DNA of 63,942 bases, filler included, from Octopus bimaculoides (Eukaryota): assembly GCF_001194135.2 (NCBI RefSeq). It is 5 parts of 5 records of this genome, joined end to end, with 100 filler letters (N's around TTAATTAATTAA, not from the genome) between each part and the next. Parts side by side here need not be neighbours in the genome. Positions count along the whole stretch, not along the records: positions 1 to 25,595 come from NC_068986.1; 4 more parts are not named here. One strand, given 5' to 3'. Numbering within the stretch: position 1 is the stretch's first letter; every line of letters begins with the position of its first letter. Both the position numbers and the translations under genes were made by a program. Below are positions 12,000 to 23,716 of this stretch, in pieces. Below the pieces are notes generated by a model. The model was not told the DNA's origin, searched no databases, and was given only the letters and a program-made list of their open reading frames with translations.

Positions 12000-12375
12000 T
12001 TGGTTTGGTTGTGAAGTTAAGTTTGCTTCCCAACCATGCAGCTTGTGGTTCACTCCCACTGTGCAGCACCTTGATCAAATGTCTTCTACCATATGCCTGG
12101 ACTGACAAAAGTCTTGTGAATGGATTTAGTAGAAAGAAAATGAAAATGTGTGTGTGTATACACACACGCATCATTTTACGTCTGCTTTCCATGCTGGCAT
12201 GGGTTGGATGGTTTGACTAGGGACTGGCAAGCCAGGAGGTCGCACCAGGCTCCAATCTGATCTGGCAGTGTTTCTATAGCTGGATGCCCTTCCTAACGCC
12301 AACCGCTCTGAGAGTGTAGTGGATGCTTTTTACATGTCACTGGCATGGGAGCCAGTCAGGCGGTACTGGCATCGG
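12000..12375. mobile_element. SINE-B head (+) joined to an antisense RTE 3' tail (-)
   Basis: 12015-12160 matches the SINE-B head; 12170-12375 is the reverse complement of the RTE terminus. Confidence 0.75.
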
Positions 12376-13060
12376 CTGATCAGAAACGAAGACAAACATT
12401 GCCAATGGATTTAAAAATACTGCCTTTTTAACAATTTTGGAGTCGTGCTTGTCAAGCAAGAGACTTTGTGTGCAGAAACTAAAATAATTAGATCTAAGAA
12501 CACCTATTTTAGTCAGGTAAAAACTTAAGGACTTAAATTCATTTTCCATTTATTTCCAGGTGTCCTGATTTTAATGATAGAGGNNNNNNNNNNNNNNNNN
12601 NNNNNNNNNNNNNNNNNNNNNNNNNNNNNNNNNNNNNNNNNNNNNNNNNNNNNNNNNNNNNNNNNNNNNNNNNNNNNNNNNNNNNNNNNNNNNNNNNNNN
12701 NNNNNNNNNNNNNNNNNNNNNNNNNNNNNNNNNNNNNNNNNNNNNNNNNNNNNNNNNNNNNNNNNNNNNNNNNNNNNNNNNNNNNNNNNNNNNNNNNNNN
12801 NNNNNNNNNNNNNNNNNNNNNNNNNNNNNNNNNNNNNNNNNNNNNNNNNNNNNNNNNNNNNNNNNNNNNNNNNNNNNNNNNNNNNNNNNNNNNNNNNNNN
12901 NNNNNNNNNNNNNNNNNNNNNNNNNNNNNNNNNNNAAAAAAAAAAAAAAGATTATAGCTGTATTGAAGAGGGTTAACAAACCTTGACTAAATCAAAGGCA
13001 AGGGCGACAACTCAAATTACTCTCAAAATATGTTGAGACATCTGAGTGACTGACTTAAAC

Positions 13061-13861
13061 CAGTGGTTCCCAACCATTTTTCACCTATGGACCCCTTTGG
13101 TTCTTATTTTACTCTACTGGATCCTCACAGCCATTTGATGAAATGAAATAAAATCTTTTTCCTATCACGCCTGTATTAATTTGGTAACTCTTCTGTGGCT
13201 TAGGAATATTTTGATTTCAGTTTTTAGTGAAGCAGATGCTTATGTGGTACCCTAATATATATAAATATATTTTTATTTCTAATATAGGATAAAATTTTTT
13301 CAAAAAAAAAATTTCATCAAGTGGCCAGCATATTAAAATACCTTTTAAGGTGAATATTATAAACAATTATAAATAAGGGCAAAAGAAAAAATTTCTATGC
13401 TAATATGCTGTGAAATAGTATATTTAAATCGTCAATCACCACATACAATACATATCCCTATAAATACACATTGTGTTGAATCAAGGACTATTTATAGTGA
13501 TATATATTGTATGTGGTGACTGACGATTCAAAGTCTATTTCTCAACATATTGGCATAGAAATTTTTTCGTTTGCGCTTATTTATAATTGTACATACATAT
13601 ATCTTTATATATCTTATAAATAATTGTTAATTTTGCCGATACGGCTTTTACGCTCGTGACCACTGATGTTGTTGTTTTTAGGAATAATAATGTTTATAAA
13701 AAAATCTTATTGTATTTTTATAATATTATTAGGAATTGTATAAGAAAATTAAAATATTTTGTATTTAGAAGAAACATAACCAATTTATTTCAGATAAATT
13801 TAGACAACAAAATCTTATGTGGACTTGGAAGGTCTATATGGATGTTGGTTGAGAACCACAG
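13061..13861. mobile_element. Non-autonomous hAT (Charlie-like) element
   Basis: TIRs CAGTGGTTCCCAACC / GGTTGAGAACCACAG (13/15); 8-bp flanks acttaaac / aattaaaa; related left ends near 7165-7232, 23135-23240 and 60770-60870. Confidence 0.7.
13363..13590. repeat. Long imperfect palindrome nested in the hAT element
   Basis: Arms 13363-13466 and 13489-13590 are reverse complementary. Confidence 0.85.
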
Positions 13862-14529
13862 AATTAAAAAGTAATGCAGCGAAGGTGTGAAGATTGTAAG
13901 AGTTTATAGAAAGACATCAAGAGAAACCAAATTCCTGATATGACAAATGCAAGAGAAGTTCATAATTAAGAACAAATCACTTTACTGTGTATTTTTTGAT
14001 CTGAGGAATGCTTATGACGAGGACTGACGCATTGTATTTTGGTGAGAAGCAGGAAAGGCATTTGAGAAGTGTTTAAGCTATATAAGAAGGTACTGCAAGG
14101 AAGGACACAATTGGTAGATAAGATTTTAGCATGCAGGTAGGTAGCCACCATGACTATCTTCAGCCATTAATAGTCATTGCTGGTACCACGTAAAAAAAGT
14201 ACCCATGCTAGTGAGAACCAGTGAATCCGTCTATAAACATTTCCAAGAATATGCCATCCTTAATTCTTGTGTTGCAATGAATCATCATCACCAGCATCAA
14301 CAACATTTAACGTCCATATTTCACGCTGGCATAGGTTGGAAGGTTTGACAGGAGCTGGCAAGCCAGAGGGATGCACTAGGCTCCATTTGTCTACTTTGGC
14401 ATGGCTCCTATGGCTGGATGCCCTTTTTTTTATCTGGCACCAGCACCCACAGTTTGCAAGACAAGAATCTCTCAGCTGAGAGACCAGAGTCTAATACAGG
14501 AACAAAGATAGTCTTCTTACCTGATAACA

Positions 14530-14740
14530 TTTTCCTAATATCTGTAATAATTGTGTCTTTGAGCTGCTGAAGGAGGCAAGATTGACATGGTTCCATTGGA
14601 GGATGTTCTCAAGGTCTCTGTACAATGAGTTAGGCACCTCATTCCAAATCCATCCGAGTGGATGATGCTTAGGTGGTGAAGGTTTGGGAGGAATGACAGT
14701 GTTGATGAATAGGAAGGAGGTTGTGGAGGACAAAACTAAA
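14530..14740 (-). mobile_element. CR1/L2-type RT fragment
   Basis: FLFINT...SLYRDLENILQWNHVNLASFSSSKTQLLQI resembles CR1/L2 RT domains 5-6. Confidence 0.5.
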
Positions 14741-14953
14741 TCTCAGAGCACACAAAACTTATGGTAGTGCAACCTGATAGAGTCACTAATTCAGGCAGCA
14801 GACAGAGACCCTAGGTGAGTAGTTTTGACAAATTCTTAAGCCAGACATGGCTACAAGTTTAACTGATGTTGAAGGCAATAACATTATTTTCATCAAAAAT
14901 CTTGAGAGTGAGAGCACCCTGATATATTTGCCGTCACCAGTCTTTCCATCTTT

Positions 14954-15648
14954 GTCTGGAATCGAAGGGCCTTTGAGTTAACCTAGCAAAAACCAAAGTC
15001 TTAGTAAGTAAGAAAGCAGACAAGTCACAAATTCCTTCAGATAGATGGTCCTGCTCCATCTGCAGAAAAGGTGTAGGTAGAAAACTCCATAAGAAGTACC
15101 TGATGTAAGATATGGACACATATGCGATGCAGCAATACCAGAGGAAGGTTAACAGAGAAAATAGTGCTTGTGTGTGGAAGGTGCAGAGGTACAATTAACA
15201 CTAAGAATGCACAGAAAATAGATTCCATCATGTGTCAGATGTAGTTGATAGCTTCTGTTACCTAGGTGACTAGGTTAGTGGTTGGGGTGGATGCTCCAAG
15301 AGCATAGGTGCTAGAATATGAATAGGCTGGGCAAAGTTCAGAGTGTTTCTACCTCTGCTGGTAACAAAGAGCCTCTCACTCACCTAGGTAACAGAAGCTA
15401 TCAACTACATCTGACACATGATGGAATCTATTTTCTGTGCATTCTTAGTGTTAATTGTACCTCTGCACCTTCCACACACAAGCACTGTTTTCTCTGTTAA
15501 CCTTCCTCTGGTATTGCTGCATCTCATATGTGTCCATATCTTACACCAGGTACATCTTATGGAGTTTTCTACCTACACCTTTTCAGTCAAACCGTCCAAC
15601 CCATGCCAGCATGGAAAGCAGATGCTAAATGATGATGATGTCCCTGCC
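14954..15648 (+). mobile_element. Rearranged RTE fragment: sense PHD region, inverted duplicate (15380-15584), RTE 3' end with (GAT)n
   Basis: GLESKGL.VNLAKTKV...RWSCSICRKGVG; arms 15065-15269 and 15380-15584 differ at 4 of 205 positions. Confidence 0.9.
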
Positions 15649-16050
15649 CTATCCACTCACTAAAACCACCCCTACATATCCCTGATGTCCATCACTTTCT
15701 ATTTTGCCTCTCCCCTCTCCCCATATCACCTCCCTCTTTTCTGATTCATCTACAGCTTTGTTTCACTGCCACTCTCCTCCCTCACTGCACGGCCACTTAT
15801 CAACTCCTCCTCCTCGAGCCATTCCAATTCTTTCATCATCATCATCACCATCTAGTTTCTGTTTTCCATCCACCAACAATACCTCCACCCTTATGCCATA
15901 ACTGACACTCTCCTCACACCATTATGAATTTATCCACCCAGGCTTCTCAATCCAGTCTGTCCTCTCTCTCTCTCTTATTCTCATTTTCTTGTGCCTTCCC
16001 TCATCTACTCTTATGCAATGTGGATAGACATGTAGCTCCTCTCTAGCAAA

Positions 16051-16126
16051 ACACCTGTGCCTGTCCCTTCTTGACACCTGTGCCTGTCCTTTCTTGACAC
16101 CTGTGCCTGTCCTTTCTTGACACCTG
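16051..16126 (+). repeat. 23-bp minisatellite, 3.3 copies
   Basis: acacctgtgcctgtcctttcttg repeated. Confidence 0.9.
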
Positions 16127-16408
16127 GTGTAAAGCTACCTCCCTCTCTACTACAGTCCCATTCAGTTAAGGGGTTTTTCTTTGGCAACCTCACGAGTGCA
16201 ATGGCCCCCTAATACATTCTGCAAAGTGGTTGGCATTAGGAAGGGCATCCAACCACAAAAACCACACCAAAGCAGATGTTGGAGATTGACAGTCCTTCAG
16301 CTCATTGGATTCTGTCAAACCATCTAACCACTGTCGGCATGAAAGTGGGACGTTAGATAATGATGACAATAATTATTTAACTAAAGGTGATCTGGATTTG
16401 GCGGAGAC

Positions 16409-16819
16409 GGACTATATGTAATCTGAACCTTTCCCCCCCTTATTTATTAATTTTTTTTACGGAATCCCACGTTTTAGGCTATGGACATTCCGATTCTGAA
16501 AAAAAATTGTTTGAAAAATTTCAATTCCCCCAACCACCACCACCAAGCAGGCTATTTACATGCTAGAAATAACAGCCAAATCTCACAAAACTAGTGTTAG
16601 GGTTAGGTTTACCCTGTGGATCTATNNNNNNNNNNNNNNNNNNNNNNNNNNNNNNNNNNNNNNNNNNNNNNNNNNNNNNNNNNNNNNNNNNNNNNNNNNN
16701 NNNNNNNNNNNNNNNNNNNNNNNNNNNNNNNNNNNNNNNNNNNNNNNNNNNNNNNNNNNNNNNNNNNNNNNNNNNNNNNNNNNNNNNNNNNNNNNNNNGG
16801 TTCAGATTACATATAGTCC
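16409..16819. mobile_element. MITE-like element with perfect 21-bp TIRs (spans a gap)
   Basis: ggactatatgtaatctgaacc / ggttcagattacatatagtcc. Confidence 0.65.
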
Positions 16820-17409
16820 ATCTGGACCCTGGATTTATAAAAAACAGCAAAGAGGAGATCATTAAAGAAGGAGAGAAATTCATGGTGCTGGGTAAAGTTG
16901 TGGTCTATGCTTGTCACCAACGTCTTTTCAAATACTGGAATCGAATGTGATAGAATAGTAGCTTTCTTCTTGGAATGGGACACATGGTTTTCCAAAGAAC
17001 GAGATATAGTCATGCTGAAAGTGAGACTGAAGATGTTGGTGAGGATAGGGGCTAGGTATAGGGCATTATTTGAAAGTAAAAGGACTTATTGTTAGGGTGT
17101 ATTGGCTTCGTTGGTTCGAAGCAGCTGAAGGTATTGTTTGCATTTGGCATGTATTTGTTTGTGTTGAGATATAGAGAGAGATAGGCAGACAGACAGACAG
17201 ATAGATAGCTCCGGCCAGTCAGTAGCCAAAGAATCAACTCAAACCAGCAGTGCCTTTATTATTTTCGTGATCTCAGGACGACTGGGTTGGTTGCGGTAAA
17301 AGTTGTGGAATAAATTCAGGACATTGTTACCTCTATTAGCAAGGAAGGTTGGTGCTAGACCGCTTTCCAGTGGAAACTTTAAGAATTATTGGGAAAGAAT
17401 ACCACTTAC

Positions 17410-18046
17410 CTTTGATGCAATGCATTCTTAAGTCGAGTTTCTGGCCGGGTCGAAGTTTAGCAATGAGAATATCGTCATCAACAGGACGGATGTCTCCTTC
17501 TTTAAACAGATCAGCTTGATTGCCTATAGGGATCCACTTCAAATGTCGACTGTAAACTTTATGGTTTATATATAAATCATCGGGGTCTGTCGTGTCAGCG
17601 TTGGGATTTTTACTACATCTTATCTTCAATTCGAAAACTATGGTATCGCTGGGAGTTCCGTTCATATCTCCTTCACTTACGTACTCGAAGAGTCGGGGGT
17701 CTGCATATATTGGGATCAGACCAAGTCTGTGAGCTAGTACCTCGTCCTGTATAATAGAAGTATTATTGTTAACGAAGACTTTCTCAATAGCCATCGTAGG
17801 GACCTCGGAGATCAAGATACGCCGGAATGCGTTCACGATAGCAGCATCAATACCAACCATATCGAACTCTAAAAATTCATCGCAAAGACGAATTATGTCG
17901 ACTTTAAAGTTTTTTTTGAAGTTTTTCAAATTCAGAGCGTCATCATAACCTACATGTGATCCAGGGAAATTAGTACTGTGCGTATTATCAACTGCATACT
18001 CCTTTAATGTGAGCCGCGTGCGGATATCTTCTATCACGCCCGCCAT
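17410..18046 (-). CDS. POLR1C: DNA-directed RNA polymerases I and III subunit RPAC1 (AC40), coding exon 1
   Basis: ATG in context AAACATGG; 212 intact codons ([12 protein letters not shown]...[31 protein letters not shown]...[21 protein letters not shown]...[21 protein letters not shown]) match RPAC1 motifs; ends phase 1 at AAAG|GTAAGT donor. Confidence 0.97.
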
Positions 18047-18253
18047 GTTTATGTGAAAGTAACACAAAACTTACTTTCGTACTTTAGGTAATAACAATAA
18101 TTTTACTTCAGATTAGAATTGATATTAAATTAAAACGTTATTATTAATGAAGTATATTTTATTTGAATATTCTTAAATTTAATTGATGGTAATATAAGAA
18201 AATGAAAGGAAAAACTATTTTATTTACATAACGTTAGTATAATTAATTCGGAC

Positions 18254-18259
18254 CACGTG
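18254..18259. promoter_or_regulatory. Canonical E-box CACGTG ~210 bp upstream of the POLR1C ATG
   Basis: Motif seen directly; Myc regulation of ribosome-biogenesis genes is established, but function here is unproven. Confidence 0.35.
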
Positions 18260-19286
18260 TAGTAATCAGTTTAGACAACGACAAATGAATGAAAATTCTT
18301 CTTTACATTAAGTAAAAGAAAGAAATTTACGAGTTTGATGAAGTCATATTCATAGAGGAGAATAAACGAGATACGATGATGTAGTAGCTATTTCCAAAGG
18401 GTGGCACCTGTTATGACTTGAAAGTTAAATAAAAGTTATTAGCGGCTTCACATAAACATTAAGATTATTTACAAAGTGGTTCTCCCACTCCGTTTCTTCT
18501 TAACTTTTTGAAAAACATATTTGCAGAAATATGTTTTCCAGAGGGTAGATTATGTAAAAGTAATGCTTCAAACATATAATCTGAAAAAAAAAAAAAAGGT
18601 GAAAATTGTTTACGCTACGGAAATTAGAGTCAATAAAATCGGGGTGGGTGGGGAAGAACAATTTGAAATGCCTTAAAGAATTTTTTTGGTAAATTTTATC
18701 ATGTACGCAGGAGTGACTGAGTGGTAAGAAGTTTGCGGATCTTTACCTTTTGGCCGGCACATTTAAAAAATAATCTTTTGGAACTANNNNNNNNNNNNNN
18801 NNNNNNNNNNNNNNNNNNNNNNNNNNNNNNNNNNNNNNNNNNNNNNNNNNNNNNNNNNNNNNNNNNNNNNNNNNNNNNNNNNNNNNNNNNNNNNNNNNNN
18901 NNNNNNNNNNNNNNNNNNNNNNNNNNNNNNNNNNNNNNNNNNNNNNNNNNNNNNNNNNNNNNNNNNNNNNNNNNNNNNNNNNNNNNNNNNNNNNNNNNNN
19001 NNNNNNNNNNNNNNNNNNNNNNNNNNNNNNNNNNNNNNNNNNNNNNNNNNNNNNNNNNNNNNNNNNNNNNNNNNNNNNNNNNNNNNNNNNNNNNNNNNNN
19101 NNNNNNNNNNNNNNNNNNNNNNNNNNNNNNNNNNNNNNNNNNNNNNNNNNNNNNNNNNNNNNNNNNNNNNNNNNNNNNNNNNNNNNNNNNNNNNNNNNNN
19201 NNNCCTCGAAAGTTCCGAGGGAGGGGGATGAATTCCTTCCTGGAAAGTTCCGAAGGGGATGAATTACTTCCTGGAGAGTTCCGAGG

Positions 19287-20098
19287 AGTCACTCATCTGG
19301 GAAGGCCTTGAAGTCAATGTTACCATCGAGGGACTATGTATGACCCAGTGATAATATAAAGACTCAAAGGAGGTCTGCAACCAAATAATTGCAGATGAGG
19401 GTTCTTTCCCTCTTTACACATCCTAAAAAAAAATTCTAATCATGACACATGTATCTCATACTACTGATCTTTATGCGCAGAATCCAAAATTCCAGTCTTA
19501 TCGAACCTGTTAAAAGGATTTGGCTCCTGAAAAATGGGTGTCATGGAGCTCTAAAATGTTGGAGTTAAAGCTCCTATTGGGGGTGGGTGTCTTAATGTCA
19601 ACCAGAGAAGTTGAATTGTTGAGAATCTTTTTTAAGTTGGGTCTTACATGTATTGTTTGAATTTCTTTGAAATAGGAAATATATGTATGTTCACTGGGTT
19701 TATAAAAGAGAGCAAAGCTACAGGAAAGCAAAAGACGAATGATCACGATAAGCAGTCAGCTACCCTATCCTAGTCGTTACTACTCCCCAATGTAGGATTC
19801 CTCACCATACAGGTGACAGGCACAGCTGTAAGATGCATTAAGGATCTATAGCAATTGGAAGGGCGTGACCCAACTCAAACACTAACAACTGTGTAACGTG
19901 AGGGCTAAGGGGAAATGAAAGTGTCACCTCTGGAGTTTGCAAATGACCACTATACCGACAGAATAAATTTACAATCTCTAAATGTTTTTCAATAACCAGT
20001 CACTCAACTGGGAAGGCCTTGAAATCAATGTTACCATCGAGGGACTATGTGTGACCCAGTGATAAAAAGACTCAAAGGATGTCTGCAACCAAATAATT
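19287..20098. repeat. ~100-bp direct repeats (19287-19390 and 19998-20098) around unclassified sequence
   Basis: agtcactca.ctgggaaggccttgaa.tcaatgttaccatcgagggactatgt...ccaaataatt occurs twice. Confidence 0.85.
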
Positions 20099-20379
20099 TG
20101 TTTTTGGCTGTGGTGAGACGACTCGGAGCATTCACAATGCGCGCACTTTTTTCATATTCGTTTAGAGTAAGTTGTTTTACATCTATTACACTATTTTTTT
20201 TTCTTTTTTCTTTTGCTCGGGTCAAACCCTTTCGTTTGACCCATCGGGTATATTATCTAACAAAACATACAGCCATGCACTAAAACTTCGTTAAAAAAAA
20301 GGTTAAAGGGAAGTAACTCTTCAAAGCAGAATGTGGCATTTATTTCCCTTTAACAGTTTTTTTTAGACAGCGGCCATAC

Positions 20380-20690
20380 TGGGGAACAGGCTTTAAGAAT
20401 TTTTAGTCAAATGAATCGGCACTAATACTTTTATTTTCTTGAAACTAAACTTATTCTATCGAACCCGTTTGCCTAACCGCTATGTTATGAGAATGTAAAC
20501 ACATCAACGCCGGTTGTCAAACGATTGTGGGGGACAAACACAGACGGAAACACACACGCACATACGGGCTTCTTTCAGTTTCCGTCTGCCAAATCCACTC
20601 TCAGGGCTTTGGTCGGCCCACAGATATAGTAGGAGACACTTGTGCAAAGTGCCCAGCAGTGGGACTGAACCTGGAACCACCTTTTTCTCT
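20380..20690 (-). mobile_element. Degenerate SINE-B
   Basis: Head and tail match other SINE-B copies. Confidence 0.7.
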
Positions 20691-20768
20691 GATAACTTTT
20701 TTATAGGAAAATTACTATTTGTAAATTTCTCAACGAGAGATATTCAGCAACAGTTCTTTGGAGTAAAA

Positions 20769-20921
20769 ATTATTTGCCAGCATAACATGGCTAAATTCAG
20801 CAACATTCTTCCTAAGGACACTGATCGTGTCGTATAGCCAGCTGGAGACGATGTCTTCTAGGGTTAAATTACTGCAACATTCGTCCTAAACCATGACTGC
20901 CATGTTATGTTGGCAAATAAT
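20769..20921. mobile_element. Small MITE with 23-bp TIRs
   Basis: attatttgccagcataacatggc / gccatgttatgttggcaaataat (22/23). Confidence 0.65.
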
Positions 20922-22465
20922 CTNNNNNNNNNNNNNNNNNNNNNNNNNNNNNNNNNNNNNNNNNNNNNNNNNNNNNNNNNNNNNNNNNNNNNNNNNNNNN
21001 NNNNNNNNNNNNNNNNNNNNNNNACACACACACACACGACAGGCTTCTTTCAGTTTCCGTCTACCAAATCCTCTCACAAGGCTCAGGTCGGGGCGATCCT
21101 TCGGTACAAGTTCTCTAAATACCAAATCGTTTGACAATCGTTTGACAATCGTTCGGACGTTAGTCAGTGACAGCTTTGATCTGTTAGGTAGCAGACAGCA
21201 GGGAAACCCATCCCTTAAGAACACATGCCAGTTATCTCTCTTTCCCCCTACTCTCTCGCTTTCTCTCTCTCTGTCTATCTCTTTCACACTCTCTCTCTAT
21301 CTATCTCTTTCACACTCTCTTAAAAACACATGTCACTTAGGGTTAGAGATAGAGAGAGAAAGCGAGTGATAAGTGACATGTGTTTTTAAGAGANNNNNNN
21401 NNNNNNNNNNNNNNNNNNNNNNNNNNNNNNNNNNNNNNNNNNNNNNNNNNNNNNNNNNNNNNNNNNNNNNNNNNNNNNNNNNNNNNNNNNNNNNNNNNNN
21501 NNNNNNNNNNNNNNNNNNNNNNNNNNNNNNNNNNNNNNNNNNNNNNNNNNNNNNNNNNNNNNNNNNNNNNNNNNNNNNNNNNNNNNNNNNNNNNNNNNNN
21601 NNNNNNNNNNNNNNNNNNNNNNNNNNNNNNNNNNNNNNNNNNNNNNNNNNNNNNNNNNNNNNNNNNNNNNNNNNNNNNNNNNNNNNNNNNNNNNNNNNNN
21701 NNNNNNNNNNNNNNNNNNNNNNNNNNNNNNNNNNNNNNNNNNNNNNNNNNNNNNNNNNNNNNNNNNNNNNNNNNNNNNNNNNNNNNNNNNNNNNNNNNNN
21801 NNNNNNNNNNNNNNNNNNNNNNNNNNNNNNNNNNNNNNNNNNNNNNNNNNNNNNNNNNNNNNNNNNNNNNNNNNNNNNNNNNNNNNNNNNNNNNNNNNNN
21901 NNNNNNNNNNNNNNNNNNNNNNNNNNNNNNNNNNNNNNNNNNNNNNNNNNNNNNNNNNNNNNNNNNNNNNNNNNNNNNNNNNNNNNNNNNNNNNNNNNNN
22001 NNNNNNNNNNNNNNNNNNNNNNNNNNNNNNNNNNNNNNNNNNNNNNNNNNNNNNNNNNNNNNNNNNNNNNNNNNNNNNNNNNNNNNNNNNNNNNNNNNNN
22101 NNNNNNNNNNNNNNNNNNNNNNNNNNNNNNNNNNNNNNNNNNNNNNNNNNNNNNNNNNNNNNNNNNNNNNNNNNNNNNNNNNNNNNNNNNNCCACCACCA
22201 CCACCACAATCACCACTACCAACAACCACTCCCAATCACCACCACCAACACCACCGCCACCGCCGCCGCCCTACCACCCTCACCACACTCTACACGGTGC
22301 TGCGGAAGAAGCTAATTAAGCCGCCTGCTAGAAGACTTCTTCCTACAAGTCTGTTGAATGCCTTTTAAGGCATCGGTCACGTCTTCCTTCTGCACTGACC
22401 TGGACGATTGTCTTGAAGGCAGGAGTGTTGTCATTAGTAACGGTATGACCTGCTTCAACAAGCAA

Positions 22466-22566
22466 TTCTCTCTCTCTCTCTCTCAATTTCTCTACCTCTT
22501 CCTCTTTATTTGTGTCTCTCTCAACACTTTTATGTAATGCCCATGTGTGTGTGTGTGTGCGTGTGC

Positions 22567-22599
<33 letters not shown>

Positions 22600-22946
22600 C
22601 AAGAACGAGAGAGAGAGAGAGAGTGTGTGTACGAGAGGGAGAGAAAATGTGAGAGAGAGAGAGTGTGTGTGTGTGTGTGAGAGAGAGAATGTGTATGAGA
22701 GAGTGTGTGCGAGACAGGGTGTGTGTGTGTGAGAGAGAGAGAATGTGAGAGAGAGAGTGCGTGAGAGAGAGAGAGAATGTGTGAGAGAGAGTGTGTGAGA
22801 GAGAGAGAGAGAGAGAATGAGAGAGCGAGAGAGAGGGTGTGTATTTGTGTGTGTGTGTGAGAGAGAGAGAGAGCGTGTATGTGAGAGAGAGAGAGCGAGA
22901 GCAAGAGGAGTGTGTGTGAGAGAGCGAGAGAGAGAGAGTGTGTGTG

Positions 22947-22994
<48 letters not shown>

Positions 22995-23031
22995 TGGAAG
23001 AGAAAGAGAGTGTGTGTGTATATGTGTGTGT

Positions 23032-23070
<39 letters not shown>
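22466..23070. repeat. Compound (CT)n/(TG)n/(GA)n microsatellite block
   Basis: Direct inspection. Confidence 0.95.
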
Positions 23071-23073
<3 letters not shown>

Positions 23074-23266
23074 TACAGAGGCAAATCAAATACCAAACAA
23101 CATTAAGTTCATGGTTTATTAAAATGACCGCACCTTCGGAGCAGTGGGTTTCACCATTTATTATCTAGGGACCCCTTTAATTACTATCTTATTCTGGTGG
23201 TCCCTCCACCCCATAGCCATTCGATGTTTAAAAACTATGTACGCTGTCTGTATTAGTTGGGATGAT

Positions 23267-23500
23267 GTCCTCATCTTGGTTGTTGCTTTGCACTAAATTT
23301 CGGCTGTTGTATGCTCCAGCCTTCTTCAGGTGTCTCGTGATTTACTTTATCGCCTTGCCTGAGATTGAACTCAGAACCCCCCAGGTAACTGCACCGCATT
23401 AAGCAACGCCTTTATTCCACTAAGCTGAATTACAAGGCACCTAGAAAAGGCCGGCGCATACTACAAGCGAAACGTAGTGAATGCAATAGTCAAGATAAAG
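23267..23500. mobile_element. Small element with two inverted Penelope-type hammerhead arms flanking a tRNA-like core
   Basis: Minus arm: gacac CTGAAGA A GGCTG(10)CAGCC GAAA tt TA GTGC. Plus arm: gcac ctagaaaaggccggcgcatactacaagc GAAAC GTA GTG. Core on minus: AGCTTAGTGG ... CTGAG-TTCAAT-CTCAG. Confidence 0.6.
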
Positions 23501-23716
23501 GCACCGTTCTGACTAATGTTTAAAAAATGTACATAATGGAAATTCCGCACCTTAGAAAAAAAACATTGTTTAAAAAAACTAGTTTTATAGATGCTTCTTT
23601 TAAAATTCCTTTTTTGTTATTCACATATTAACTTGTGTAGGTTGAACTGTGTAAAATGCTAAAGAAAGAAACCCGTTTCTCGCAATAAATACATTTAAAT
23701 CAAGACTTTTATGTGG

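Noticed and set aside
16850-17100. Possible LINE C-terminus or POLR1C alternative exon
   Set aside because: No recognisable motif and no convincing splice signals on the minus strand.
17336-18067. 243-aa ORF as a truncated, intronless POLR1C retro-pseudogene
   Set aside because: A GTAAGT donor at 17409 and an in-phase exon at 11829 restore the protein; the ORF tail after MHCIKG is intron read-through.
22343-23106. ORFs rich in SL/TH/YI/CV/RE repeats (also 51479-52383, 54413-56688, 57768-59880)
   Set aside because: Translations of dinucleotide and tetranucleotide microsatellites.
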